This document shows, in pieces, positions 9,889 through 18,494 of a stretch of 45,515 nt of DNA. The translations under genes were made by a program, and so were the position numbers. This stretch comes from Beijerinckiaceae bacterium (GTDB lineage Bacteria > Pseudomonadota > Gammaproteobacteria > Burkholderiales > Burkholderiaceae_D): contig CAZZWS010000004.1 in the NCBI GenBank assembly GCA_964657795.1, positions 1 through 45,515 on the forward strand. Reading direction: 5' to 3'. Within the stretch, counting starts at the first letter, position 1. Each line of letters begins with the position of its first letter. Under the pieces are notes generated by a model. The model did not search any database. It saw only the letters and a program-made list of their open reading frames with translations, and had not been told where the DNA came from.

Positions 9889-12720
9889 ATGAGGAGACCC
9901 CGTCGCGAGACCGGCGGCTGGGGGCTGCCGTCGACGCTCGCCGGTAGCGAGCATCTCGGCAAGCAGCTCGATCGCAAGAAGCGCGAGGCCGCGGCCGCCG
10001 CGCGCAAGCTGGCTCGTGCGGAAGCCCGGACCATCGAAGCGACCGACGACGCCCCGCCGAAGGCCGCGCCGCGCGAACGCCGCAAGGCTCCCGGGCCGAT
10101 GCCCGAACCCGAAGCCATCGGCGCCTGGCTCGCGTCGCGCGGCATCGTCCCGTTCCCGTTCCAGCGCGAGACCTGGGATCACGTCACCGCCGGTCGCTCG
10201 GGCCTGCTGCATGCCACGACCGGCGCCGGCAAGACCTGGGCGGCGTGGCTCGGCGCCCTCCGGCTCGAACTCGACCGCGCAGCCCGCGACGGGCCGCCGA
10301 CGGTCCGCAAGCTGCGTCTGCTGTGGATCACGCCGATGCGCGCGCTGGCCGCCGATACGACGCGTGCGCTGGCCGACGCTGCCGCCGGCATCGGCCTGGA
10401 CTGGGACGTCGAGATGCGCACCGGCGACACCGACGCGGCGACGCGTGCCCGTCAATCGCGCCACTTGCCCGAAGCGCTGGTGACGACGCCCGAGTCCCTG
10501 ACGCTGCTGCTCGCGCGCGTCGATGCGCGTCAACTCTTCGACAGCGTCTCGGTCGTCATCGTCGACGAATGGCACGAGCTGATGGGCAACAAGCGCGGCG
10601 TGCAGACGCAGCTCGCGCTCGTGCGGCTGTGGCGCTGGAACGAGGGTCTGATCGTATGGGGCCTGTCGGCCACGCTCGGCAACCTCGCGACCGCGGAGCA
10701 CGCGCTGCTCGGAATCGACCGCAAGGGCAAGCCGCGGCGCGGCGTGATGGTCAAAGGGGATACACCCAAGGAAATCATCATCGACACGCTGATCCCCGCG
10801 TCGATCGAACGCTTCCCGTGGGGCGGCCACCTCGGCATCAAGCTGGTCGACGCGGTGGTGGCCGAACTCGAGAAGGCCTCGACGACACTCGTCTTCACCA
10901 ACGTCCGCAGCCAGGCCGAGATCTGGTACCAGACGCTGCTCGCCGCGAAACCCGAGTGGGCCGGCATCATCGCGCTTCATCACGGCTCGCTCGACCGCGA
11001 GGTGCGCGACTGGGTGGAGGCCGGGCTCAAGGCAGGCACGCTGAAGGCCGTCGTCTGCACGGCATCCCTCGACCTCGGCGTCGACTTCCTGCCGGTCGAA
11101 CGCGTTCTGCAGATCGGTTCGGCCAAGGGCGTCGCGCGGCTGCTGCAACGGGCCGGTCGCTCGGGCCATGCGCCGGGCCGGCCGTCGCGCGCGACGCTGG
11201 TGCCGACCAACGCGCTCGAACTGATCGAGGCCGCCGCGGCGAAGAGGGCGGTCGCCAGACGAAACATCGAGCCACGCCTCGCGCCCAACAAGCCGCTCGA
11301 CTGCCTGGTCCAGCATCTCGTGACGATCGCGGTGGGTACCGGCTTCGTCGCCGACGACCTGTTCGACGAGGTCCGCACCGCGTGGTCCTACCGCGACCTG
11401 ACGCGCGAGGAGTTCGACTGGGCGCTGGCGTTCGACGAAGGCGGCGGCGCGTCGCTGTCGGCGTATCCCGACTATCAACGGATCGCACGCGACGCCACGA
11501 GCGACGAGCCCGACGTCTATCGCGTGCCGCGCGTCGACCTCGCGCGCCGCCATCGCATGAGCATCGGCACGATCACCGCCGACACGTCGATGTTCGTCGC
11601 GTGGCTCGCGACCAGCGCGCGCCTCGGACAGATCGAGGAAGGCTTCATCGCGCGGATGAAGCCGGGCGACGTGTTCGTCTTCGGCGGCCGCGTGCTCGAA
11701 CTCGTGCGCGTGCGCGACATGACCGCCTTCGTGAAGAAGGCGACGAAGAAGCACGGCCTGGTGCCGACCTGGCAGGGCAGCCGCTTCGCGCTGACCTCCG
11801 AGCTCGCCGACGCCTCGCTCGCGATGCTGCATCGCGCGGCGCATGCGAGCGACGCGTGGTTCGCGCGCGAGCCCGAAATGCGCGCCGTGCGGCCGCTGCT
11901 CGCGCTGCAGCAGCGCTGGTCGTCGCTGCCGGTGACCGGTCGCCTCGTGTGCGAGGTGATCGCGTCCGGCGAGGGCCATCACTTCATCTGCTATCCGTTC
12001 GCCGGCCGCCTGGTCCACATCGGCCTCGGCGCGCTGCTGGCCTGGCGCGCGGCGCGCGAGAAGCCCGGCACGTTCTCGATCTCGAGCAACGACTACGGCT
12101 TCGAGCTCCTGTCGGCCGAGCCGTTCGACTGGGACGAGCTGATCGCGGACGGTCTGTTCTCGACCGAGCGCCTGCTGGCCGATGTGATCGCGTCGCTCAA
12201 CGCGAGCGAGCTCGCGCAACGGCGCTTTCGCGAGATCGCCCGCATCGCCGGCCTCGTGTTCTCGGGCTATCCCGGCGAACACAAGTCTGGACGCCACGTG
12301 CAGGCGAGCGCGAGCCTGTTCTACGAGGTCTTCAGGAAGCACGACGCCGGCAACCTGCTGCTGACGCAGGCCGAGACCGAGGCGCTCGAACAGGAGCTCG
12401 AGATCGGACGCCTGCGGACCACGCTCGAACGCCTCGCGACCTGGGACCTGTGCGTGATGCGACCGCCGCATGCGACGCCGTTCTCGTTCCCGCTGATGGT
12501 CGAGCGCTTTCGCGAGGAGGTCACGACCGAGCAACTCGCGGCGCGCATCGCGCGGATGCTGGCCGAGCTCGAAGCCGCGGCGGCCGAGGACGCGGTCGAC
12601 GGCGGAGCCCGCGAACGCCCGCGCGAGGATGCGGATGCGGCATCGGCGGCCGCGAAGCACAAGCAGAAGAAGGCCGGTCGCCAGCGGGGCTACATCAAGC
12701 GCGTGCGGACGTCGGGATGA
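9889..12720 (+). CDS. Ligase-associated DNA damage response DEXH-box helicase (Lhr-core)
   Basis: TTGAGKT Walker A, TPMRAL, DEWH, LSAT, HHGSL, SLDLGVDF, QRAGRSGH, HRMSIGTI, FREIARIAGL. Start 9889 inferred. Confidence 0.94.
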   Translation: MRRPRRETGGWGLPSTLAGSEHLGKQLDRKKREAAAAARKLARAEARTIEATDDAPPKAAPRERRKAPGPMPEPEAIGAWLASRGIVPFPFQRETWDHVTAGRSGLLHATTGAGKTWAAWLGALRLELDRAARDGPPTVRKLRLLWITPMRALAADTTRALADAAAGIGLDWDVEMRTGDTDAATRARQSRHLPEALVTTPESLTLLLARVDARQLFDSVSVVIVDEWHELMGNKRGVQTQLALVRLWRWNEGLIVWGLSATLGNLATAEHALLGIDRKGKPRRGVMVKGDTPKEIIIDTLIPASIERFPWGGHLGIKLVDAVVAELEKASTTLVFTNVRSQAEIWYQTLLAAKPEWAGIIALHHGSLDREVRDWVEAGLKAGTLKAVVCTASLDLGVDFLPVERVLQIGSAKGVARLLQRAGRSGHAPGRPSRATLVPTNALELIEAAAAKRAVARRNIEPRLAPNKPLDCLVQHLVTIAVGTGFVADDLFDEVRTAWSYRDLTREEFDWALAFDEGGGASLSAYPDYQRIARDATSDEPDVYRVPRVDLARRHRMSIGTITADTSMFVAWLATSARLGQIEEGFIARMKPGDVFVFGGRVLELVRVRDMTAFVKKATKKHGLVPTWQGSRFALTSELADASLAMLHRAAHASDAWFAREPEMRAVRPLLALQQRWSSLPVTGRLVCEVIASGEGHHFICYPFAGRLVHIGLGALLAWRAAREKPGTFSISSNDYGFELLSAEPFDWDELIADGLFSTERLLADVIASLNASELAQRRFREIARIAGLVFSGYPGEHKSGRHVQASASLFYEVFRKHDAGNLLLTQAETEALEQELEIGRLRTTLERLATWDLCVMRPPHATPFSFPLMVERFREEVTTEQLAARIARMLAELEAAAAEDAVDGGARERPREDADAASAAAKHKQKKAGRQRGYIKRVRTSG

Positions 12721-13634
12721 GCCAGCCGATGACATCCTCCGCGCGTCCGGTCGCGCCGTCGCGGGTCTTCATGGTCGCGGTCCTCGGCATCGCCGTGTTC
12801 TCGTTGATGGACGCGGTGATGAAGGACCTGGTGCTCGCGATGGGCGCCTACACCGCGCTGTTCTGGCGGAGTCTCGCCGGCGTCGTGCTGAGCGGCGCGG
12901 TCTACGCGAAGAGCAGGCCGACGGGGCCGACCCGTGCCGCGCTGCGGGTCCATGCATGGCGCGGCGCGATCTCGACCGTGATGGCGCTGAGCTTCTTCTG
13001 GGGCCTCGCGCGCGTGCCGATGGCGCAGGCCGTCGCGTTGACGTTCATCGCGCCGCTGCTGTCGCTCTATCTCTCCGCCGCGTTCCTGCACGAACGCGTG
13101 ACGCGCCGCATGCTCACGGCGTCGGCGCTCGCGCTGGTCGGCGTCGCGATCATCCTCGCCGGCCAGTGGCAGGCCGGTCTCTCGGACGAGGTCGGACTCG
13201 GCACGATCGCGATCCTCGCGTCGGCGGTCTGCTACGCGTTCAACATCACGCTGATGCGCAAGCAGGCGCTCGTTTCCGGCCCGATCGAAGTGGCCTTCGC
13301 GCAGAGCCTGGTCGTGGCGATCTGCTTCGCGATCGGCGCGCCGTTCATGGCTGCGTTGCCGGACGCCGAGCACATCCCGATGCTGATCGGCACCGCGGCC
13401 CTCGCGACGGTCTCGCTGATGCTGCTCGCGTGGGCCTACGCGCGCGGACAGGCCAACGACCTGTCGGCCAGCGAGTACACATCGTTCGTGTGGGCCGCGC
13501 TGTTCGGCTTCCTGTTCTTCGGCGAGACGGTGTCGTGGTTCACGCTGCTCGGCGCGGGGTGCATCGTGGCGGGTTGCGTGCACGTCGCGCGGGCCGGGCC
13601 GACGGTGCTGGCGAGTCCGGAGGCGTCGCCGTGA
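12717..13634 (+). CDS. DMT/EamA family transporter
   Basis: C-terminal hydrophobic part of ORF 10245..13634 with about 10 TM segments; ATGA overlap with the helicase stop; EYTSFVWAALFGFLFFGE. Confidence 0.88.
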   Translation: MSQPMTSSARPVAPSRVFMVAVLGIAVFSLMDAVMKDLVLAMGAYTALFWRSLAGVVLSGAVYAKSRPTGPTRAALRVHAWRGAISTVMALSFFWGLARVPMAQAVALTFIAPLLSLYLSAAFLHERVTRRMLTASALALVGVAIILAGQWQAGLSDEVGLGTIAILASAVCYAFNITLMRKQALVSGPIEVAFAQSLVVAICFAIGAPFMAALPDAEHIPMLIGTAALATVSLMLLAWAYARGQANDLSASEYTSFVWAALFGFLFFGETVSWFTLLGAGCIVAGCVHVARAGPTVLASPEASP

Positions 13635-13753
13635 ACCGCATCGCCAGCCCACGCTCGCGCTAAGATCGATTCGTCCACACGCGTCGCGCACGATCGCGAG
13701 ACTGTGGATGCAGCGCTTTCCGCGCTGGCCGAGCGACCTCATCGAGACAGACC

Positions 13754-15112
13754 ATGAGCCTTCATCAGCAACTCCAGCGGCGCGCCGCCGACGGCAAGCC
13801 CATCCGCATCGCGCTGATCGGTGCCGGCAAGTTCGGCTCGATGTATCTCGCGCAGATCCCGCGCACGCCGGGCGTCCATCTCGTCGGCATCGCCGACCTG
13901 TCGCCCGACGCGGCGCGCGTCAACCTCGCGCGGGTCGGCTGGCCCGACGAGCGCACGCGGGCGACCAGCCTCGACGCCGCGGTCCGCGACGGCACCACGC
14001 ACATCGGCGAGGACTGGCAGGCGCTGGTCGCGCATCCGGCCGTCGACCTCGTCGTCGAATGCACCGGCCATCCGATCGCCGCCGTCGAGCACTGCCTGGC
14101 CGCGTTCGCGGAGCAGAAGCACGTCGTCAATGTGACGGTCGAGGCCGACGCGTTCTGCGGCCCGCTGCTGGCGCGTCGCGCGGCTGAAGCCGGCGTGATC
14201 TATTCGCTCGCGTTCGGCGACCAGCCCGCGCTGATCTGCGACCTCGTCGACTGGGCACGCACCTGCGGCTTCCCGGTCGTCGCCGCGGGTCGCGGCCACA
14301 AGTGGCTGCCGCACTTCAGCGCGTCGACGCCCGAGACCGTGTGGGGCAACTACGGCCTCACGCCCGAGCAGGCGCAGCGTGGCGGCCTCAACCCCAAGAT
14401 GTTCAACAGCTTCCTCGACGGCTCGAAGCCATCGATCGAATGCACGGCCGTCGCCAACGCGACCGGCCTCACGGTGCCGAGCGACGGCCTGCTGTATCCG
14501 CCGGCCAGCGTCGAGGACATCCCGTTCGTGACGCGTCCCATCGGCGAAGGCGGCGTGCTCGAACGAAAGGGCATGGTCGAGGTCATCTCGTCGCTCGAAG
14601 CGAACGGCCGCGCGATCCCGTACGACATCCGCATGGGCGTGTGGGTCACGGTCGAAGGCGAGACCGACTACATCCGCAACTGCTTCGAGGAATACAACGC
14701 GCACACCGACCCGACCGGCCGCTACTTCACGCTCTACAAGCGCTGGCACCTGATCGGTCTCGAGGTCGGCATGTCGGTGGCGAGCGTGGCGCTGCGCGGC
14801 GAGGCGACCGGCGTCGCGACCTGCTGGAACGCCGACGTCGTCGCCACCGCGAAGCGCGACCTGAAGCCGGGCGACGTGCTCGACGGCGAAGGCGGCTACA
14901 CCGTGTGGGGCAAGCTGCTGCCGGCCGAAACGTCGGTGCGCATCGGCGGCCTGCCGCTCGGCCTCGCGCACGACGTCAGGGTGATCCGGCCGGTCGCGAA
15001 GGGCGCGAGCCTGGCGTGGAGCGACGTCGCGATGGACACGTCGACGTCGGCGTACGCCATCCGCAGGGAGATGGAAGCGCTGTACGCGACGCCGTTGTCG
15101 CGCGCGGCCTAG
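13754..15112 (+). CDS. NAD(P)-dependent oxidoreductase (homoserine-dehydrogenase-like) with C-terminal SAF domain
   Basis: Rossmann motif IGAGKFG, GDQP, MFNSFLDGSK, SAF-like AKRDLKPGDVLDGEGGY. Confidence 0.85.
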   Translation: MSLHQQLQRRAADGKPIRIALIGAGKFGSMYLAQIPRTPGVHLVGIADLSPDAARVNLARVGWPDERTRATSLDAAVRDGTTHIGEDWQALVAHPAVDLVVECTGHPIAAVEHCLAAFAEQKHVVNVTVEADAFCGPLLARRAAEAGVIYSLAFGDQPALICDLVDWARTCGFPVVAAGRGHKWLPHFSASTPETVWGNYGLTPEQAQRGGLNPKMFNSFLDGSKPSIECTAVANATGLTVPSDGLLYPPASVEDIPFVTRPIGEGGVLERKGMVEVISSLEANGRAIPYDIRMGVWVTVEGETDYIRNCFEEYNAHTDPTGRYFTLYKRWHLIGLEVGMSVASVALRGEATGVATCWNADVVATAKRDLKPGDVLDGEGGYTVWGKLLPAETSVRIGGLPLGLAHDVRVIRPVAKGASLAWSDVAMDTSTSAYAIRREMEALYATPLSRAA

Positions 15113-15119
15113 CTCATCG

Positions 15120-15536
15120 ATGACCTCGTCGACGAGCCACGTCGTCCGCTTCACGACACCGTCGATCGATGCCTACCGGCAACTGCGGGTCGCCGCCGGG
15201 ATGAGCGACAGGACGATCGACGCGGCGACGCGCGGCCTCGCGAACACGTTGTTCGCCGTCCAGATCCTGGTCGACGACGAGCCGGTGGGCATGGGACGCG
15301 TGATCGGTGACGGCGGCTGCTTCTTCCAGGTCGTCGACGTCGCCGTGCTGCCCGCGCATCAGGGCAAGGGACTCGGCAAGGCCGTGATGCGGGCGATCGT
15401 GGACTGGCTCGAAGAACACGTGCCCGCGAGCGGTTACGTCAGCCTGATGGCCGTCGGCAAGGCCCATGCGTTGTACGAGCAGTTCGGTTTCGCGTCGACC
15501 GCCTCGGTCGGCATGATCTACAAGCCGGTGCGATAA
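15120..15536 (+). CDS. GNAT family N-acetyltransferase
   Basis: GMGRVIGDGG, acetyl-CoA motif VLPAHQGKGLG, LYEQFGF. Confidence 0.9.
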   Translation: MTSSTSHVVRFTTPSIDAYRQLRVAAGMSDRTIDAATRGLANTLFAVQILVDDEPVGMGRVIGDGGCFFQVVDVAVLPAHQGKGLGKAVMRAIVDWLEEHVPASGYVSLMAVGKAHALYEQFGFASTASVGMIYKPVR

Positions 15537-15546
15537 AATCCGACGC

Positions 15547-16242
15547 ATGCAACACACCCGCATCGCCGGCCAGACCCTTCACCTCGCGCCCGAGCGCGCC
15601 GCCTACTGGGTCGAAGGGCGGACGCTCCTCGTCGCCGACGCCCACTTCGGCAAGGCCGCCACGTTCCGTGCGCACGGTATCCCGGTCCCGCACGGCACCA
15701 CCACCGACAACCTCGCGCGACTCGACACGCTGATCGCGCGCTGGTCGGTCGAGGCGATCGTCTTCCTCGGCGACTTCCTGCATGCGAAGGAATCGAAGGC
15801 CGACATCGTCGTGCACGCGATCGCTCGCTGGCGCGCGAAGCATCGTGCGATCGCGATGACGCTGGTCCGCGGCAACCACGACGCGCGCGCCGGTGATCCG
15901 CCCGGGGCGCTGGGCATCGAGGTCGTCGACGAGTCGCATGTCGTGGGCCCGTTCTCGATGCGCCATCACCCCGTCCCCTGCGACCGCGGCTACGTGCTCG
16001 CGGGGCACCTGCATCCCGGCTATCGGCTCGGCAGCCGCGCCGGTGACGGCCTGCGGCTGCCGTGCTTCTGGTTCGGCGACGAGGCCGGCTCGCGCGTGGG
16101 CGTGCTGCCGGCGTTCGGCGCGTTCACCGGCACCTGGCTGGTCGACGCGATGCCGGACGATCGCGTCTTCGTCGTGGCGCCGGACGCGGTGCACGCCATC
16201 CATCGACCGCGCGTTCGGGACGCGGCCGCGCTCGCACCTTGA
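15547..16242 (+). CDS. pdeM: Ligase-associated DNA damage response endonuclease PdeM (metallophosphoesterase, MPE)
   Basis: ADAHFGKAATFR, LGDFLH, RGNHD, GHLHP, LPAFGAFTG. Confidence 0.92.
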   Translation: MQHTRIAGQTLHLAPERAAYWVEGRTLLVADAHFGKAATFRAHGIPVPHGTTTDNLARLDTLIARWSVEAIVFLGDFLHAKESKADIVVHAIARWRAKHRAIAMTLVRGNHDARAGDPPGALGIEVVDESHVVGPFSMRHHPVPCDRGYVLAGHLHPGYRLGSRAGDGLRLPCFWFGDEAGSRVGVLPAFGAFTGTWLVDAMPDDRVFVVAPDAVHAIHRPRVRDAAALAP

Positions 16243-16670
16243 CCCGCGGCAGCGTCGACACGCCCGACGGCATCGGCACCGTCCGGCTCGACAAGTGGTT
16301 GTGGGCCGCGCGCTTCCATCGCACGCGCAGCGCGGCTGCCGATGCCATCGAAGTCGGCCAGATCAGGGTCAACGACCAGCGCGTCAAGCCGGCCAAGTCC
16401 GTACACGTCGGCGACGTGATCGTCATGCGCATCGGTGGCCTGGAGCGCGAAGTACGCGTGCTGGTCGCCGCCGACGTGCGCGTCGCCGCGCCGATCGCGC
16501 AGACCTACTACGCGGAGACCGAGGTCAGCCTGGCCGCACGCGCCGCGGCCGAAGCCCGCCGTCGACTCGAACGCGAACCCGGCATCACGCGCAAGGGCCG
16601 TCCGACGAAACGCGATCGCCGGGAATTGGCGTCCTTCGTGGAATCGGGGCGGGACGACGACGGGTTCTGA
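16239..16670 (+). CDS. hslR: S4-domain RNA-binding protein, Hsp15/HslR-like
   Basis: VRLDKWLWAARF, KPAK, YAET, GRPTKRDRR. TTG start inferred from the TTGA overlap with the pdeM stop. Confidence 0.85.
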   Translation: MTRGSVDTPDGIGTVRLDKWLWAARFHRTRSAAADAIEVGQIRVNDQRVKPAKSVHVGDVIVMRIGGLEREVRVLVAADVRVAAPIAQTYYAETEVSLAARAAAEARRRLEREPGITRKGRPTKRDRRELASFVESGRDDDGF

Positions 16671-16693
16671 CAGGAACCGGCTTCAGGCGCGCG

Positions 16694-17167
16694 TCACTTC
16701 GGCCACATCTTGCAGCGCCCTGTCGCCGTCGCGTGCAGCGCGTAAGGCAGGGCGAAGACGCCCATCACGAAGTCTCCCCATACCGGTACGGCATCGAACT
16801 TCAACGCGTTCGATCCACAGCCCTCGATCTGCGCTGCTTCGAACGAACGATCGATCTTCGCTTGCGCCGAGGACGGATTGGTTCCGAACGCCATGGGCGA
16901 GGCCGACCGCGCGTAGTCCTCGTCCGCGGCGCCGACGGCGGACTTCAACACCGACGGACTCAGGTCGAGGCCCGGTGGATCCGTCTTGGGGGCCTGATCG
17001 TCGACTTCCGGAACGACCTCGTGCGCTGCGGCCTTCGCCTTCGGTCGAGTTGCCAGGGGCTTGCCATGGGTCGGCACGTCGTTCTGCGGCGCGGCCACGG
17101 CGAGCGATGTCACCAGCCAGGCCGCCCCGAACATCGCCAGCCCATGCCGAGCACGAATCCGCGTCAT
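16694..17167 (-). CDS. Hypothetical exported protein
   Basis: Strong GAGGAGG RBS before ATG 17167, signal-peptide-like N-terminus (LVTSLAVAA), two Cys flanking a C-terminal hydrophobic stretch. Confidence 0.65.
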   Translation of the reverse strand: MTRIRARHGLAMFGAAWLVTSLAVAAPQNDVPTHGKPLATRPKAKAAAHEVVPEVDDQAPKTDPPGLDLSPSVLKSAVGAADEDYARSASPMAFGTNPSSAQAKIDRSFEAAQIEGCGSNALKFDAVPVWGDFVMGVFALPYALHATATGRCKMWPK

Positions 17168-17178
17168 GAGCGTCCTCC

Positions 17179-17568
17179 TCACTTGCTCGCCGGTGGCTCC
17201 CACAGCTCGATGCGATTGCCTTCCGGGTCCATGACCCAGCCGAAGCGACCGTATTCGCTGTCGTCGACCTTGTCGTCCACGTCGCAGCCTTCGGCGCGCA
17301 AGTCGGCGAGAACGGCGTACAGGTCGTCGACGCGGTAGTTGATCATGAACGGCGCAGTGCTCGGCGCGAAGTGCGTGGTGTCCGCCGGGAAGATCGACCA
17401 CGCGGTCACCCCGCCGTCGCGATGACCCTGCGGACGATTCCAATGGAACGCGGCGCCGCCCCACGGCTTGACGTCGATGCCGAGGTGCGTGCGATACCAG
17501 GCCTGCAAGGTCTTGGGGTCGCGCGCCTTGAAGAAAACACCGCCGATACCGCTCACCCTGGTGTTCAT
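17179..17568 (-). CDS. VOC/glyoxalase family protein
   Basis: RVSGIGGVFFKARDP, FMINYRVDDL, YGRFGWVMDPEGNRIELWEP; GGAG RBS before ATG 17568. Confidence 0.9.
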   Translation of the reverse strand: MNTRVSGIGGVFFKARDPKTLQAWYRTHLGIDVKPWGGAAFHWNRPQGHRDGGVTAWSIFPADTTHFAPSTAPFMINYRVDDLYAVLADLRAEGCDVDDKVDDSEYGRFGWVMDPEGNRIELWEPPASK

Positions 17569-17654
17569 GTCGATCTCCATGTCCTGAGGTGCGCCCGATC
17601 ACGAAGTCGATCGATCGCCTGATGCGTCCTATCGTATAGCGTCGACTCGCGTCT

Positions 17655-17683
17655 TTGCCAAAATAGAACGATCGTGCTAATTT
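17655..17683 (+). promoter_or_regulatory. Sigma70-like promoter with an overlapping palindromic TetR operator
   Basis: TTGCCA-17 nt-TAATTT; the imperfect palindrome AGAACGATCGTGCT spans the spacer, upstream of the TetR gene. Confidence 0.7.
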
Positions 17684-17772
17684 CTGGATCGTTCCCCTTC
17701 AGCGCCGTGCTTCTGGCGCCCGGATCGTGTTTCCAGCGTCACTTTTCGGTCTCCGTTCCATGATGGCAGTCC

Positions 17773-18423
17773 ATGCGTAAAGGCGAACAAACCCGCGCCG
17801 CGATCCTCGACGCCGCGCTCGAACTCGCGAGCCGCGACGGTCTCGAAGGCCTGACCATCGGCCTCATTGCCGAACGCATGCTGATGTCCAAGAGCGGCGT
17901 CTTCGCGCACTTCGGCTCGCGCGAGGACCTGCAGATCGCGGTCATCCAGGAGTATCACCGGCGCTTCGAGGCGGAGGTCTTCTTCCCGGCGTTGCAGGAG
18001 GCGCGCGGCCTGCCGCGACTGTCGGCGATGTACGCCGGCTGGGTCACACGCCACACGCGCGAGATCGACAGCGGCTGCATGTACATCAGCGGGGCCGTCG
18101 AATACGACGATCGCCCCGGCCCGATCCGCGACGAGCTGCTGTCGATGGTCATGGCGTGGCAGAAGGCGTTGCTGCGCGCGGCGCATCAGGCCGTCGACGA
18201 AGGCCATCTCGCCGCCGATACTGACTGCGGGCAACTCGTCTTCGAGTTGCGCGCGATGGTCCTTGCGCTGCATCACGATGCCCGCTTCATCGGCGACCGT
18301 CATGCCGTCGAACGCATCGAACGCGGCTACGTCCGCCTGATCGACAGCTATCGCGCGAAGACACCGAGGCGCCGCAGGCCGATGACGTCGATCAGGCAGC
18401 CGCGCGAACGCCGGATCGGCTGA
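17773..18423 (+). CDS. TetR family regulator (FadP-like fatty-acid-degradation repressor)
   Basis: MRKGEQTRAAIL...GLTIG...MSKSGVFAHFGSRE HTH; directly upstream of an acyl-CoA dehydrogenase. Confidence 0.9.
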   Translation: MRKGEQTRAAILDAALELASRDGLEGLTIGLIAERMLMSKSGVFAHFGSREDLQIAVIQEYHRRFEAEVFFPALQEARGLPRLSAMYAGWVTRHTREIDSGCMYISGAVEYDDRPGPIRDELLSMVMAWQKALLRAAHQAVDEGHLAADTDCGQLVFELRAMVLALHHDARFIGDRHAVERIERGYVRLIDSYRAKTPRRRRPMTSIRQPRERRIG

Positions 18424-18494
18424 ACCCGTATCACTTCGTCGCGACGACGCGGTCGTCGCAGCGATCCATCCCCATCGAGTCTTGAGGAGTCGCC

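Noticed and set aside
9658-12735. 1025-aa minus-strand ORF, and similar long antisense ORFs (18552..20108, 34406..36040, 36966..38936, 42436..44259)
   Set aside because: Shadows of real genes in high-GC DNA; no recognisable motifs.
10245-13634. 1129-aa ORF as a single protein
   Set aside because: The N-terminal part is an Arg-rich off-frame read of the helicase; only 12717..13634 is a plausible gene.
13635-13753. Riboswitch in the oxidoreductase leader
   Set aside because: Short stems exist (TCCACA/TGTGGA, CAGCGC/GCGCTG), but I could not match a known aptamer; needs an Rfam scan.
13754-15112. Flagellar FlgA annotation
   Set aside because: Only the SAF domain is shared; the protein is a Rossmann-fold oxidoreductase with no flagellar context.
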